The position numbers and the translations under genes were made by a program. From a virus (lineage: Duplodnaviria; Caudoviricetes): a DNA stretch of 64,000 nt. The DNA is taken from positions 63,741 through 127,740 of IMG/VR virus record IMGVR_UViG_2907208306_000002. The stretch is one strand, 5' to 3'. The notes under the pieces are model-generated. The model was given only the letters and a program-made list of their open reading frames with translations, did not search any database and was not told the DNA's origin. Shown here one piece after another: positions 18,278 through 28,550 of this stretch (positions are counted from its first letter, which is position 1; each line of letters starts with the position of its first letter).

Positions 18278-18675
18278 GTTTAGACACATTCTACATAAGC
18301 AGCGTTCAACAAAAGAAAAAAGGACATATGACGGAATACGAAACTGTGCTTAATGAGGTATTTGGTCGAGTAATTTCTTGGGAAGAGTTTAAAAACTCTG
18401 ACCGCAAACTTCAAGCACGAGTAATGCTTAAACTTGATGAGGTAATTAAATTAAATGAATCGCCCATTGACATCAAAAAGCTTGCATATGCCATTCAGCA
18501 TTCCAGAAGTGGAGTGGGTGGATGCGCCATGACAGAGTTTGAGTGCAAGTTTTGCGGTAAAGAGGAACTATGGGGTAATACAAATACACCTGGAATCTGT
18601 AAAGACTGCGCTACTAATATGGCGAAAAATATTGCTAAATATAATTATAACATCTATAAGGAGGATATATGTTAA
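18274..18675 (+). CDS. Hypothetical protein with CxxC pair
   Basis: RBS GGAGG, overlap. Confidence 0.7.
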   Translation: MSLDTFYISSVQQKKKGHMTEYETVLNEVFGRVISWEEFKNSDRKLQARVMLKLDEVIKLNESPIDIKKLAYAIQHSRSGVGGCAMTEFECKFCGKEELWGNTNTPGICKDCATNMAKNIAKYNYNIYKEDIC

Positions 18676-18854
18676 AAGAGTGGATACAAGCTAATTTAAC
18701 AATATTTTCAGCTATTTTAATAATTAAGTTAATCTGTTGGGCAAACCCTGATTTGGATGAGCCATTTAATTATTGGTGGGGTATGTTAATACCCAATGTA
18801 GCATTTATATTAGTGTTAATTTTGAAACGATTCTTTAAGGAGGAATTTCACTGA
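18669..18854 (+). CDS. Small membrane protein
   Basis: RBS AAGGAGG; two hydrophobic segments. Confidence 0.65.
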   Translation: MLKEWIQANLTIFSAILIIKLICWANPDLDEPFNYWWGMLIPNVAFILVLILKRFFKEEFH

Positions 18855-18892
18855 ATCAAACAAATCCATATAAACTTGAAAAACTAGGTTTA

Positions 18893-19150
18893 ATGCTAAA
18901 ACTTAAATCACTGAATGGAGATCAATCACTTCTCAATGGGTTTATTGCTCGCGGAGGAGTTACAATAGGGGATTTAGAAAAGGCTTATGAAAGATTGGAA
19001 TCAATAGATGATGACATTAAAAAATGGGATGCAATACATAAAGTAAACGAAATAAAAAAACTATTCAACCAGGCCGACGAGGAAACGAAGAAGATAATGA
19101 AAATTGAACTTATGGAATTATGGAGGGTAGTTTACGATGGCCAAAATTGA
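18893..19150 (+). CDS. Hypothetical protein
   Basis: Tiling; start uncertain. Confidence 0.55.
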   Translation: MLKLKSLNGDQSLLNGFIARGGVTIGDLEKAYERLESIDDDIKKWDAIHKVNEIKKLFNQADEETKKIMKIELMELWRVVYDGQN

Positions 19151-19418
19151 GTATACTGGACAACTTCCCATCCACAACAAAATACCTGAAAATCGCATTA
19201 AGCAAGGGGATTTTGTTTACTGCAGTGGTAGTAATGGCGTTTATGATTTTTGGGGATTGTACAACGCAAGTAATAAAGCTGTGGTCGCATTGGATGGTGG
19301 AAGTACTGAATATGTTAGAGGTGAGGAATTGTATCTGTATGGTACATATAGTTATTGGACTATTATCAAGCGTATTCCGTGCAATAAAGCTAACTTGGTT
19401 ATTTCTGAGATTGAATGA
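19137..19418 (+). CDS. Hypothetical protein
   Basis: RBS GGAGG. Confidence 0.7.
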   Translation: MAKIEYTGQLPIHNKIPENRIKQGDFVYCSGSNGVYDFWGLYNASNKAVVALDGGSTEYVRGEELYLYGTYSYWTIIKRIPCNKANLVISEIE

Positions 19419-19457
19419 AATGCGTGTTTGATAAAAATAATGGAGGAGATTAAATAA

Positions 19458-19766
19458 ATGATACATAGATATAGAGCGACAGTAATCAGAGAAGATGAAT
19501 ATATTATTGAGATCGATGACGAACAAATTGATAGGGAGTTTATGAAAGAGTACAAAGAGCACATTGGAAATATTGAAACATTGGAAGGTCATGCAGAGAA
19601 TTTAGCTTGGTATCGAATGATTCACGGAGAAGATTTCTATGAGGGATATGGTAATGTTCTACACAATGGAAAATTATATGATTATTTACCTGGAGTCAAA
19701 GAGACTGGGATTAACATCAAAGTTGTTTCAGATGAAAATGTCGATGTCTTGGTAACTAAGATGTAA
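19458..19766 (+). CDS. Hypothetical protein
   Basis: RBS GGAGG. Confidence 0.7.
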   Translation: MIHRYRATVIREDEYIIEIDDEQIDREFMKEYKEHIGNIETLEGHAENLAWYRMIHGEDFYEGYGNVLHNGKLYDYLPGVKETGINIKVVSDENVDVLVTKM

Positions 19767-19785
19767 GAGAGGAGGAATATAGCAG

Positions 19786-19980
19786 GTGACACAAGAAGAA
19801 TTTAATGAACTTTACAAAGAACCAGTTGATTTATTTGAGGCACAAGCAGCGTTAAATAGATTTATTAACGGGAAAGGTGTACTTAGAATCCCTGCAAGAC
19901 CAGATGATGATGACATGTTGATCAGTAGAGCATTGAGTGAATTGAAAAAATTGAGAAACAGTACTATACAAGAAGAATAG
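19786..19980 (+). CDS. Hypothetical protein
   Basis: RBS AGGAGG. Confidence 0.65.
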   Translation: MTQEEFNELYKEPVDLFEAQAALNRFINGKGVLRIPARPDDDDMLISRALSELKKLRNSTIQEE

Positions 19981-19989
19981 GGGGATATT

Positions 19990-20457
19990 TTGGCTCGATT
20001 AAGCGCAGAAAGATTAAGATTACATATCAATAATATCATTACATGGACAGTTAATGAGAATCCTATGTATGAGAATTTTACTATAAAGTTGACTATTCTT
20101 GGTCGCGAGACAGTTCCAGGTTTAAATGGGAGTCATGAGTTGGTTGATGGGAATATCGAATACTTAATGGATACCATAAAAAAATCGCTTGAAGGATTTG
20201 AATATACAGAGTGTGAGTTCTTAGAGCCAGATTTCAAATTTGAAATTAAACGACATGAAGCATGGTATGATAACGGCTTTAAAATCCATCATCCTGTCAG
20301 TTTTGAGTTTATTGTTTGGGTGAATAGCGGTAGATGGAACGGTATATATTCGTGCACTGAATTGGGACATAAATTTTGCATTGAAGAAAATTCTTTAATT
20401 AAGTTCTATGATGATTTGAAAAGCGAATGGGAGAATAGAAAGATTTTAGAATATTAA
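19990..20457 (+). CDS. Hypothetical protein
   Basis: RBS and tiling. Confidence 0.7.
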   Translation: MARLSAERLRLHINNIITWTVNENPMYENFTIKLTILGRETVPGLNGSHELVDGNIEYLMDTIKKSLEGFEYTECEFLEPDFKFEIKRHEAWYDNGFKIHHPVSFEFIVWVNSGRWNGIYSCTELGHKFCIEENSLIKFYDDLKSEWENRKILEY

Positions 20458-20490
20458 AATACATATTTTAAGGAGAGTTGTGGGAGACAA

Positions 20491-20790
20491 ATGAATAAAA
20501 TTATCGAGATTAGCAAAGAAACTTTCACGGAAATAGAAAGAGTCATTGACGAGTTTGAGTGTAATAAGCCACCAAGAAATTGGACATGGGGATTTACTAT
20601 TGAAGGTGATGAAGAGACTGGATACGAACTATATGAAACACATTTAGAAAGTATCGTATATCCAAATTATGATGTAGAAACCCATAAAGATATTATAGGT
20701 CGATTTATCGACAAAGGCAGCGCAGAGCTTTATGTTAAAGCATATAACTTACTCAAGGCTGTGATTGGTCAAGAGGATGAGATTGAATAA
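20491..20790 (+). CDS. Hypothetical protein
   Basis: RBS. Confidence 0.7.
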   Translation: MNKIIEISKETFTEIERVIDEFECNKPPRNWTWGFTIEGDEETGYELYETHLESIVYPNYDVETHKDIIGRFIDKGSAELYVKAYNLLKAVIGQEDEIE

Positions 20791-20940
20791 TTGAGAATGA
20801 ACACTTTAAGGAGAGAGAGTCAAGTGTTGAATAGTTGCGAGATACTTAAGAATGTAGAGTTTTTGAATGGAAAATTAATGATGAAATGGGTTTTTATGAT
20901 GACGCAGTAGACACAAAATGCGAAGCGAGGAGGGAATAGC

Positions 20941-21243
20941 GTGAAGTACAAAGCAATTGTATCAGCTCATATATGGCTAAACGGGGGTCATGAAGAAATC
21001 GAAATACTCTCCATGACACACAATGACGAAAAAGCAACTGGTATATTCGACGATATCGACCACGCTCTACTTCATGAAATTGAAATCGGTGGCAGTCAGG
21101 ACTATTACTTTATCGCCATTATAGAATCCAGATTTGTCGAGCATAGAACGTGGGAGGGCTCAGAGTGGGAGGTCGAACACGAAGTTCGAGAGATCAAATC
21201 CATTCAAGACATTGCTTCACAGTTCGAACAAAAAGCGAAATAA
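20941..21243 (+). CDS. Hypothetical protein
   Basis: RBS AGGAGG. Confidence 0.7.
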   Translation: MKYKAIVSAHIWLNGGHEEIEILSMTHNDEKATGIFDDIDHALLHEIEIGGSQDYYFIAIIESRFVEHRTWEGSEWEVEHEVREIKSIQDIASQFEQKAK

Positions 21244-21537
21244 GGAGGAATTAAGTTGAAAATCCCATTCGGTAAACGCCCTATGTGTTCATGTGGAGTT
21301 AAAATGAAGCTTGTCGAGTACAAAGGATATTACGATGGATTTAAATATTGGTGTTGCGAAAACTGCAATTTAGAGAATGAACTAGATAAATATGAATCAG
21401 ACGATAAGAAGTTTGGAGCATATGCTTAATATGTATTCCAAGCAAATTAGATAAAAGGAATCTTTCATAAAAAACCTGATCGATAGTTTTTCGACATATT
21501 GATACAATTTCCCTCCTTAACAGTAATTAAATACCTC

Positions 21538-21587
21538 TTGCATAAAGAACGTCTGTTCGGTATATAATATATACAAACGGATGTTCT
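21538..21587 (+). promoter_or_regulatory. SigA promoter with two LexA boxes
   Basis: TTGCAT...TATAAT; AGAACGTCTGTTCG (21546-21559) and CAAACGGATGTTCT (21574-21587). Confidence 0.85.
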
Positions 21588-21611
21588 TATTTTTTGGAGG
21601 AGATGAATAAC

Positions 21612-22856
21612 ATGGTAAAGAAACAGCGAACAGTTATGCTTATTGACATGCAGAGTTTCTATGCCAGCGTTGAGAAGGCAAAAGTACCTGAATATAAAAA
21701 TGAACCTTTGGTTGTTGCGGGAGATCCGTCAAGAAGATCTGGAATAATATTGGCTGCTTGTCCGATTGCAAAATCTTATGGGGTGGAAACGGGAGAAGTG
21801 CTGTGGCAAGCCTTACAGAAATGTCCAAATGCAATAGTGGTCAAACCACACATGCAGGAGTACATTGATGTTTCCTCTCAGATCACACAGATTGTGGAGA
21901 CATTTACTGACCTAGTGGAATGTTATTCAATTGATGAAATGTTTGCTGATGTTACTGGATCATTACATCTGTTTGGAAACAATCCAATTGAACTGGCAAA
22001 ACAAATTCAGCAGAAAATTTTAAATGAAACCGGCATTTACGCGAGGGCTGGAGTGGCAGAAAATAAGATTCTAAGTAAATTATGCTGTGACATGATCGCA
22101 AAGAAGATAGATGGTGGAATTTATTATCTGCACAAGGATGAATTACATAATTACATATGGAAGCAGCCTGTCCGTAAAATGTGGGGTATTGGCTCCAGGA
22201 TGGAGAAGCATCTTTATAAGATGGGCATTTTAACGATTGGCGATTTAGCGAATTACTCTCTGCCAAGACTTAGAAAAAAATGGGGAGTTAACGGTGAGGT
22301 TATATGGCGCGTAGCAAATGGTCTTGACGACTCTCCTGTAACTTTGACTACACATAACCGTCAGAGGGAAATTGGTAACGGAATGACCTTACCCCGAGAC
22401 TATTCACAAGCCTGGGAAATTGAAGTTGTATTACTGGACATTAGTACTGAAGTCTGTCGTAGGGCAAGACAAAAAGGATACAACGGATCTGTTGTTTCAG
22501 TGAGTATTTCTGGTGCTGACTTTGACATTAGAACAGGTTTTCACAGACAAAAGAAATTGACTGATCCAACCAATATCACTCAGGAAGTTTTCAATGCAGC
22601 CAAACAGATATTTCATCAACACTGGAATGGATTACCTATAAGAAGAGTAGGCGTTTCATTGTCTGATTTAAGCGATGCTAACACATATCAAATGTCTTTG
22701 TTTGACTACAATAAGGATCAATTAAGGGCAATAGATAAAGTTATGGATGACATTAAAGACCGTTTCGGTGAAGTATCAATCCTTAGAGCAAGCTCATTAA
22801 CCACAGCGGGTCAGGCAGTAGACAGAGCTGCTAAAATTGGAGGGCATTACAAATGA
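21612..22856 (+). CDS. uvrX: Y-family translesion DNA polymerase (UvrX/YqjW/UmuC-like)
   Basis: DMQSFYASVE, YSIDE, WGIG, Q(M)SLF clamp motif; SOS boxes. Confidence 0.92.
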   Translation: MVKKQRTVMLIDMQSFYASVEKAKVPEYKNEPLVVAGDPSRRSGIILAACPIAKSYGVETGEVLWQALQKCPNAIVVKPHMQEYIDVSSQITQIVETFTDLVECYSIDEMFADVTGSLHLFGNNPIELAKQIQQKILNETGIYARAGVAENKILSKLCCDMIAKKIDGGIYYLHKDELHNYIWKQPVRKMWGIGSRMEKHLYKMGILTIGDLANYSLPRLRKKWGVNGEVIWRVANGLDDSPVTLTTHNRQREIGNGMTLPRDYSQAWEIEVVLLDISTEVCRRARQKGYNGSVVSVSISGADFDIRTGFHRQKKLTDPTNITQEVFNAAKQIFHQHWNGLPIRRVGVSLSDLSDANTYQMSLFDYNKDQLRAIDKVMDDIKDRFGEVSILRASSLTTAGQAVDRAAKIGGHYK

Positions 22857-23188
22857 GTAAAAAGTTATCAGGAAATGGAATCTGGGAATCAAGCCGAATG
22901 ATGCTTCCACAGCACAGGGAACGTATTATAGATAATCAAAAAATACCTCTCCAAAAAACGAAACCAATCATCCATGCAGACGAGTGGGAAATCATAACTC
23001 AAAACATCAACCTGTCTCTAAGTGAACAGGAGCCTGTTGTCGTAACTATTTTTGGTGAGTATGAGAACTCAGAAGTTAGTGGGGTAATAAAGAATGTTAG
23101 TCCAATTCAAAAGAAACTTAAACTAGAAAATGATGAAGGTTTTGAATGGATCGATTTTAATGAAATTGTATCAGTAACACTCGAATGA
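22853..23188 (+). CDS. yolD: YolD-like protein
   Basis: WESSRMMLPQH N-terminus; coupled to the Y-family polymerase. Confidence 0.85.
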   Translation: MSKKLSGNGIWESSRMMLPQHRERIIDNQKIPLQKTKPIIHADEWEIITQNINLSLSEQEPVVVTIFGEYENSEVSGVIKNVSPIQKKLKLENDEGFEWIDFNEIVSVTLE

Positions 23189-23571
23189 TCATGAGACAAT
23201 CCGAAGGTGATTTAGAAATTGTTAAACGTTATTTAGAACTTCCTATTTTACTTGATGTCTTGGAGTATGATAAGAAGAGAATAGGAAGTTCTAAACTTAA
23301 TAATCAAAGTATCATGGTGTCATATTTAGAGTCAATTCAAGACAAAGTTACAACGGATATATATGAAGTTAAAAAGGAAATGAGAAAAAGATCAATCAAA
23401 ATTATCGAGCAAAGAAGGTTGGAGGATAGACTTGTTGCAGATTATTTGTGCAGGAATTATAAGCATCAAATTTCATTGCTCTGGAGTAAGGTGAAGTTTG
23501 ATTCTGAGGTTACATTAGCAAGATATATGGGAATTGATATTTATAAATTAGATAAACCGCCTATTCGTTAG
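23185..23571 (+). CDS. Hypothetical protein, third gene of the SOS operon
   Basis: ATGA overlap. Confidence 0.7.
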   Translation: MIMRQSEGDLEIVKRYLELPILLDVLEYDKKRIGSSKLNNQSIMVSYLESIQDKVTTDIYEVKKEMRKRSIKIIEQRRLEDRLVADYLCRNYKHQISLLWSKVKFDSEVTLARYMGIDIYKLDKPPIR

Positions 23572-25945
23572 ACGGTTTACTTTTTGTGTTTATGCGTTTT
23601 TCAACCTTACCAGGAAGAGCGGTAATAAACCTAGAATATCCTTGATCACACTTAACATAATTCATTGAATGATAACGCTTAAGATTCTTTAAGTCCTCAT
23701 CAGTAAAAGGGTAAAGTTCACTCTTTAATTCATCAAAGTTCTTCTTATCGCATCCAGCCAAGAGCATGTAGGAAGTGTTTGCACTACGCAGCTCATCACG
23801 CATATACTTCAATTGGTTAATGTAGTGGCAACTTATAATTGGTTTCATGATGAACTTGGCGATTTGAGATAGTTTAGAGGTTAGGAAACGTTCAGTGTTT
23901 TCGACTTGATACAACTCATCAACAATTAAATTAACCTTAGTCCTTTTGCTTTTGTCCCTTATTCGGTCAGCTCTAATCTGAAGTGCAAGCCAGATTTTAG
24001 TTATCCAATAAGTCGTACAGATGTCCTTTTCTGAATCAGTGGTAAACATTGATTGAGGCATTTTGATTACGATTAGTTGATTCTTTTGCATCTCAGCACT
24101 CAAATCAATGTTCTTGCTGGTATCCTTTTTGAGCATTAACTCCATGTATGTGTTTCGTTTGAGAATGTTTAGGCGGTCAATTATACCTGTAATTAAGTGT
24201 GTTTTGGTTCCAATAATCGTGCCTTCTTTATCGGTCTCATCCAGCTCACTTAAATTTTCGATATATTCCTCCAGGTTGTTGAGTTGATTTCTAGGCACCT
24301 TACTTAGAAATTTCATTCGTGCATTATGGTTTTGGAGTACATTAAAGACATCTTTGATACTTCCAGTATTAATAAATACAACAAGGCTGGCACTCTCTAG
24401 ATATCGTTCCATTTTGGGACTTAATGAACTGTCGCTTGCGTTTATCGAGTTGATTAGAGTGAGCATGTTGGCTGTCTGACGTTTAGCATTTTCATATTGT
24501 TTAAATACATCTTTGCTAACTCCTACTTCGTTAAAGCCCAGACCTTGCATTGTGTCGAAGTCATCGCAGCGGATCTCAAGTACTTTGTCTTTGGGGAATA
24601 GCTTTGAGACATTTTCGCTTAATTCACAATTCTCGATAAAATCGAAAATTATTACACATTCACCGGCCTCAATGGCATCAATTGAAAGGTTGGCGATTAG
24701 GTTTGATTTACCAGCTCTCGTTGGGCCTATGAGAAGCAGAAGGAGATTCCTAAATTCAATGTCATTACTTAAGAATGCTTTCTGCTTCTTGCCTTTATAA
24801 ATATTCTCACCAATACACATTGTACCTGAACAAAGATCCTCTGGAACCTCGGTTTCAAACGTCTCAACTTTCTCAATAAAGTTATACTGTTCTAAGATGT
24901 CTCTTCCCGCCAATGACAAGAAGTTCTGTGCTTCACCGTCCCCAACAAGTAATTTATCTGCTCGGATATTGTAATCAGTGTATTCAAAATCCTTCCTAAA
25001 AGGCTTATAAATCAGTTCATTGTCTTCACTTATCGTGTCAAAACTCTGAGCTAAACTTTTAACGGTATTTCTTTGCCTTAAAGCGTCAGAGCTGCTGCCC
25101 ATGACTACAATTTGGGTAGAGAGAATGGAGGCAACGCCTTTTTTCAATGTGCTATCGCTTATTCTGAGTTTTTCTGTACCAGAAAGGGCGTTTAATAGAC
25201 CTGATAAAAACCCACTTTCATCCGATTTTTTATCCGATAAACTGGATACAGATAGCGCATCAGATAAGGTATTTATCACGGAGTCAATGACGGAGATACC
25301 CCATTTAAGCAAGTATCTCCATCCAGTCTTATTGCGGTCAATAGGTTTCCCCGATTTAAGTTTCTCGATGGTTGCTTTATGTTTATACCTCCAACCATGC
25401 TGAGAAGTTGGAATGAAATTATAGAAGATGCCTAACTTATCGCCCTCCTTGAGCATCTCTACAACGTTTAAATTAGAATGGAGGAGATCATTGTTACGCC
25501 GGTCAATGGAAAGGCTCATACCGTCTTCGTTTTTATAGACAATTTGATACTTTGTGGGACTGTCATTAAAAGTGGGGAGGGTGTTTACTTCTTCGATTGT
25601 TAATTGAGTCCACACATCGCTTATCTTTTCTTTAATGTACATAAGTTGATGATGAGGAATGATGAAATAAAACTCGATTTTTTTATTCTCCATATAAATG
25701 AAGTAACTTACTTTGGAGTTGATTTGAATCGAGATTTTTGTTGGAAATACTATATCTTTACCAAGGATTTTTATCATCTTTTCTTCCTGTTTGCTAATGT
25801 TCTCGATAACATTTTTATATAGACCAGATATTGCTCGTGCGAGTTTATGAGTTGAATTGTTACGTATTGAATTATTGGGCTTTAGCTTAAGGAATACATA
25901 GTTAGGTCGAGCAACCTCGATTACATCGCGGAGTTTAAGAGCCAT
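23561..25945 (-). CDS. Large P-loop ATPase, FtsK/HerA/VirB4-VirD4 superfamily
   Basis: Walker A GPTRAGKS, Walker B LIVDE, 794 aa. Confidence 0.78.
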   Translation of the reverse strand: MALKLRDVIEVARPNYVFLKLKPNNSIRNNSTHKLARAISGLYKNVIENISKQEEKMIKILGKDIVFPTKISIQINSKVSYFIYMENKKIEFYFIIPHHQLMYIKEKISDVWTQLTIEEVNTLPTFNDSPTKYQIVYKNEDGMSLSIDRRNNDLLHSNLNVVEMLKEGDKLGIFYNFIPTSQHGWRYKHKATIEKLKSGKPIDRNKTGWRYLLKWGISVIDSVINTLSDALSVSSLSDKKSDESGFLSGLLNALSGTEKLRISDSTLKKGVASILSTQIVVMGSSSDALRQRNTVKSLAQSFDTISEDNELIYKPFRKDFEYTDYNIRADKLLVGDGEAQNFLSLAGRDILEQYNFIEKVETFETEVPEDLCSGTMCIGENIYKGKKQKAFLSNDIEFRNLLLLLIGPTRAGKSNLIANLSIDAIEAGECVIIFDFIENCELSENVSKLFPKDKVLEIRCDDFDTMQGLGFNEVGVSKDVFKQYENAKRQTANMLTLINSINASDSSLSPKMERYLESASLVVFINTGSIKDVFNVLQNHNARMKFLSKVPRNQLNNLEEYIENLSELDETDKEGTIIGTKTHLITGIIDRLNILKRNTYMELMLKKDTSKNIDLSAEMQKNQLIVIKMPQSMFTTDSEKDICTTYWITKIWLALQIRADRIRDKSKRTKVNLIVDELYQVENTERFLTSKLSQIAKFIMKPIISCHYINQLKYMRDELRSANTSYMLLAGCDKKNFDELKSELYPFTDEDLKNLKRYHSMNYVKCDQGYSRFITALPGKVEKRINTKSKPSNE

Positions 25946-26243
25946 GAATCATCCCTCCCATAAGAAGGAATTTAATTAGAACGTTCGCCAGGTAAAGAAT
26001 CCCAGCCCATTTTTTCCCTTTATTCCATCCAACAACCCAAAACAAGATACATAATCCGCAGCCAACTAAGGCAACCGAATAGCTGAAATCTATGAATACG
26101 TTTCTGATAGAGTCTAAGACTCCAAGCAATATATCGGTTGTTTGTTCTTGTGCCCAGTGTCTGATTCCGTGTGTCAGTGGATTACCTTCTGACGGAACCT
26201 GAGGGAAAGGTATATTGTTGATTTTAACAAGCATAGATGTCAC
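25935..26243 (-). CDS. Small membrane protein
   Basis: Two hydrophobic segments; overlaps ATPase start. Confidence 0.7.
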   Translation of the reverse strand: MTSMLVKINNIPFPQVPSEGNPLTHGIRHWAQEQTTDILLGVLDSIRNVFIDFSYSVALVGCGLCILFWVVGWNKGKKWAGILYLANVLIKFLLMGGMIHGS

Positions 26244-26248
26244 ATCCC

Positions 26249-26650
26249 TTAGATGTCTTTGAATACTGAATCAATCTGATCTAAGCTCCAAGGAAGGGCG
26301 AGAAGTATTACGTAAACGATAAGGTATTGAAGGAAAGACTTTTTAGCGTAGTCAAAATCACCTTTTATAGTGTGTTGAATGGTATCCCATCCTCCTTTGA
26401 TAATTACGACCCATTTACCAAGGTTAACTAGTTTGCGATATATTCTTAGCCCACCTGCATCAATTCCTGTTCCAGCAGCGTAAAGAGTGGGATCTAAAAT
26501 ACCAGATGCGAAAATAATAATCGTGACTCCAATAATTCGATATGCTATTTTATGGCGTTTTAAGTGTGAGATAATAGTATCTTTTATTTTTGAGACATTG
26601 TAATCCTTGTTGATAAACTGGCTAAACGATATAGTTTCAACTCTAGTCAT
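26249..26650 (-). CDS. Membrane protein, TrbC/VirB2 pilin-like
   Basis: RBS AGGAG + ATG26650; leader-like hydrophobic stretch then two helices with GD...AKK loop. Confidence 0.55.
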   Translation of the reverse strand: MTRVETISFSQFINKDYNVSKIKDTIISHLKRHKIAYRIIGVTIIIFASGILDPTLYAAGTGIDAGGLRIYRKLVNLGKWVVIIKGGWDTIQHTIKGDFDYAKKSFLQYLIVYVILLALPWSLDQIDSVFKDI

Positions 26651-26816
26651 GATGCACCAACTCCTAAAATTTTTATAAAGACAAATACGAACAGGCATAA
26701 ATGAGAGAATGCTAACATAAAATTAGAAGCAAAGCGTTTCTAATTTACATAGGCATAGTCTACCCTACGGAAAAGAGGGGAAGGGACATCTTATGACAAC
26801 CCTTCCTGGGTCATAA

Positions 26817-26984
26817 TCAGCCTGCCAATTCATTAGTAGAAGCAATCTCTTTAATCTCTTCATAAAACGAATCTTCAAGGCTCATAAGTCCGACAAACAC
26901 GCTCCAACCTTCCTCCGTTAACAAGATAGATACTCCACGTTTTTGCAGATCAACCAAAGCATTTAACATATCATTTTTAAACAT
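26817..26984 (-). CDS. Small hypothetical protein, 55 aa (absent from track)
   Basis: RBS GAGGAG; MFKNDMLNALVDLQKRGVSILL... Confidence 0.6.
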   Translation of the reverse strand: MFKNDMLNALVDLQKRGVSILLTEEGWSVFVGLMSLEDSFYEEIKEIASTNELAG

Positions 26985-26999
26985 TATAACCATCTCCTC

Positions 27000-28079
27000 T
27001 TAATGTTTATATTTACTTAAAATGTCCAGCACAGATTTTCTTTCTGTGCTTTTTTGTTGTGGAACAAGTGTTGACACATTTGCCTGAAACCGTGAATTAT
27101 GAATAGGTTCAACTTGCTCTTTACATATACTTATGGATTTTTCAATATCATGTAGGCGTTTAAGAGACCAGGGAAGACCGGTAATGATTGAGATGATTTT
27201 CCCGTTGTGTTCATGATAATTACCTTCAAACAACTCATATGGCATTTGCTTAAAGATTAGATCATGTCGGACATACTCAAGTAACGATTCTTGGCCATCA
27301 AAGATAAGCGCAGCCTTTGAGATACGATCTGATTCAATTGGTGCGAATATTGATTGTGACCAAGATGTTCTCACTTTTTCAGCTACGCTTTCAGAAGACA
27401 GGGTGAGTCCCTGATTCAGATTGGTGATGTTAGTCTCACTAATTAGGGCAATACCAGGATTGTTAAGGATTGTTATAAGATCTTCTTTATCAAAGTTGCC
27501 GTTCTTGGAGTGCTTTTCCGTATAAGAATAGATGGTGTTCAGCATCGATACCGCAGATTTGTTAGTCATATCCAGTAATAAATTTTTACCTATATTAGGG
27601 TAGTTATTTCTTGTTTGCTGGTTATCGATGGGGAATACGGCTACATTTAATTGAGACAACTCTTCAAATGCTTTTAATGTATTCACCTGAGCCGAGTATG
27701 ACTCAGATGTTTCAGGAATAATTGGCATCGCTATGAATGTGGTATCTGGCAATGTATTAATGGTAACTTCGAGAAGAATTGGGCCGATCCCACTACCAGA
27801 ACCACCGGCTAAAGAGAAGGTAAATACGATGACTTTAGCATTCGCAAAATTGTCTTTAATGAAGTTTAAAGCATCTTCCCACTGATCCTGAAAAAGCTGT
27901 ATTGCTTCGTTTCTCTTCTTACCAACCCCTTCTGAACCAAGCAAGCGTAATTTGTGTCTGACTGTAACTGAGTCTAAGTCCTTTTGTGAGTAGTTTATAG
28001 CTCCCGAGAGGTAGCCCTGTTTGTGGGCTTCTTCAGCAATATTTGAACCCGCCTGACCCAAACCAATCACAGCAAACAT
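27000..28079 (-). CDS. Tubulin/FtsZ-family GTPase (TubZ-like)
   Basis: IGLGQAGSNIA, GVGKKR, AGGSGSG, IDN, NFDKED. Confidence 0.88.
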   Translation of the reverse strand: MFAVIGLGQAGSNIAEEAHKQGYLSGAINYSQKDLDSVTVRHKLRLLGSEGVGKKRNEAIQLFQDQWEDALNFIKDNFANAKVIVFTFSLAGGSGSGIGPILLEVTINTLPDTTFIAMPIIPETSESYSAQVNTLKAFEELSQLNVAVFPIDNQQTRNNYPNIGKNLLLDMTNKSAVSMLNTIYSYTEKHSKNGNFDKEDLITILNNPGIALISETNITNLNQGLTLSSESVAEKVRTSWSQSIFAPIESDRISKAALIFDGQESLLEYVRHDLIFKQMPYELFEGNYHEHNGKIISIITGLPWSLKRLHDIEKSISICKEQVEPIHNSRFQANVSTLVPQQKSTERKSVLDILSKYKH

Positions 28080-28363
28080 TAAGCACCAGCCCTCTCTAAT
28101 GATTTAGTTACAGCAGCTACTCCATACTCTGTTAGGTACAACAGATTTTGTTTCTTTACATTTATTGTTTCGATTAATTTATTAGCGCACAAACGATTAA
28201 TGGTTCTACGATATGTTGCTTCAGTAAATGAAACTGTTTTTTGAAGTTCGGAATTGCTAACTGCTTTAAAGCCCGTTGTTGCCTCGGCTTCATGGAGTGC
28301 CCCAAGAACATAAACGTCATCGATAGTTAGGCTACTTAGAACGTACTCGAAATATCTTTCCAT
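28079..28363 (-). CDS. Winged-helix DNA-binding protein (TubR-like)
   Basis: RBS GGAGGTG + ATG28363; TEATYRRTINRL...LYLTEYG; TAATG-coupled to tubZ-like gene. Confidence 0.7.
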   Translation of the reverse strand: MERYFEYVLSSLTIDDVYVLGALHEAEATTGFKAVSNSELQKTVSFTEATYRRTINRLCANKLIETINVKKQNLLYLTEYGVAAVTKSLERAGA

Positions 28364-28448
28364 ATGACTAACACCTCCCCAATGATGTTCAAGCATCTTG
28401 CACTGTCTTAGATGAGTTTGAAAGACGTTGTTTGATGTTTGATGATAT

Positions 28449-28478
28449 AGCATATTGCGACAGGCTTGACCAATATAA
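28449..28478 (-). promoter_or_regulatory. SigE-like sporulation promoter for the tubR-tubZ operon
   Basis: Minus strand TTATATT-N15-AATATGCT. Confidence 0.35.
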
Positions 28479-28499
28479 CCCAGAAAATTGAAAATTCGT

Positions 28500-28529
28500 G
28501 TATTTATTTTCGAAGATTTGTCCATCCTA
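28500..28529 (+). promoter_or_regulatory. SigG-like forespore promoter
   Basis: GTATT-N18-CATCCTA versus GNATR-N18-CATNNTA. Confidence 0.5.
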
Positions 28530-28550
28530 GTCATTAAAGGGGTGGATATA

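Noticed and set aside
23561-26650. Complete conjugative T4SS / ICE
   Set aside because: Only one ATPase and two small membrane proteins; no relaxase, oriT or other channel components recognised
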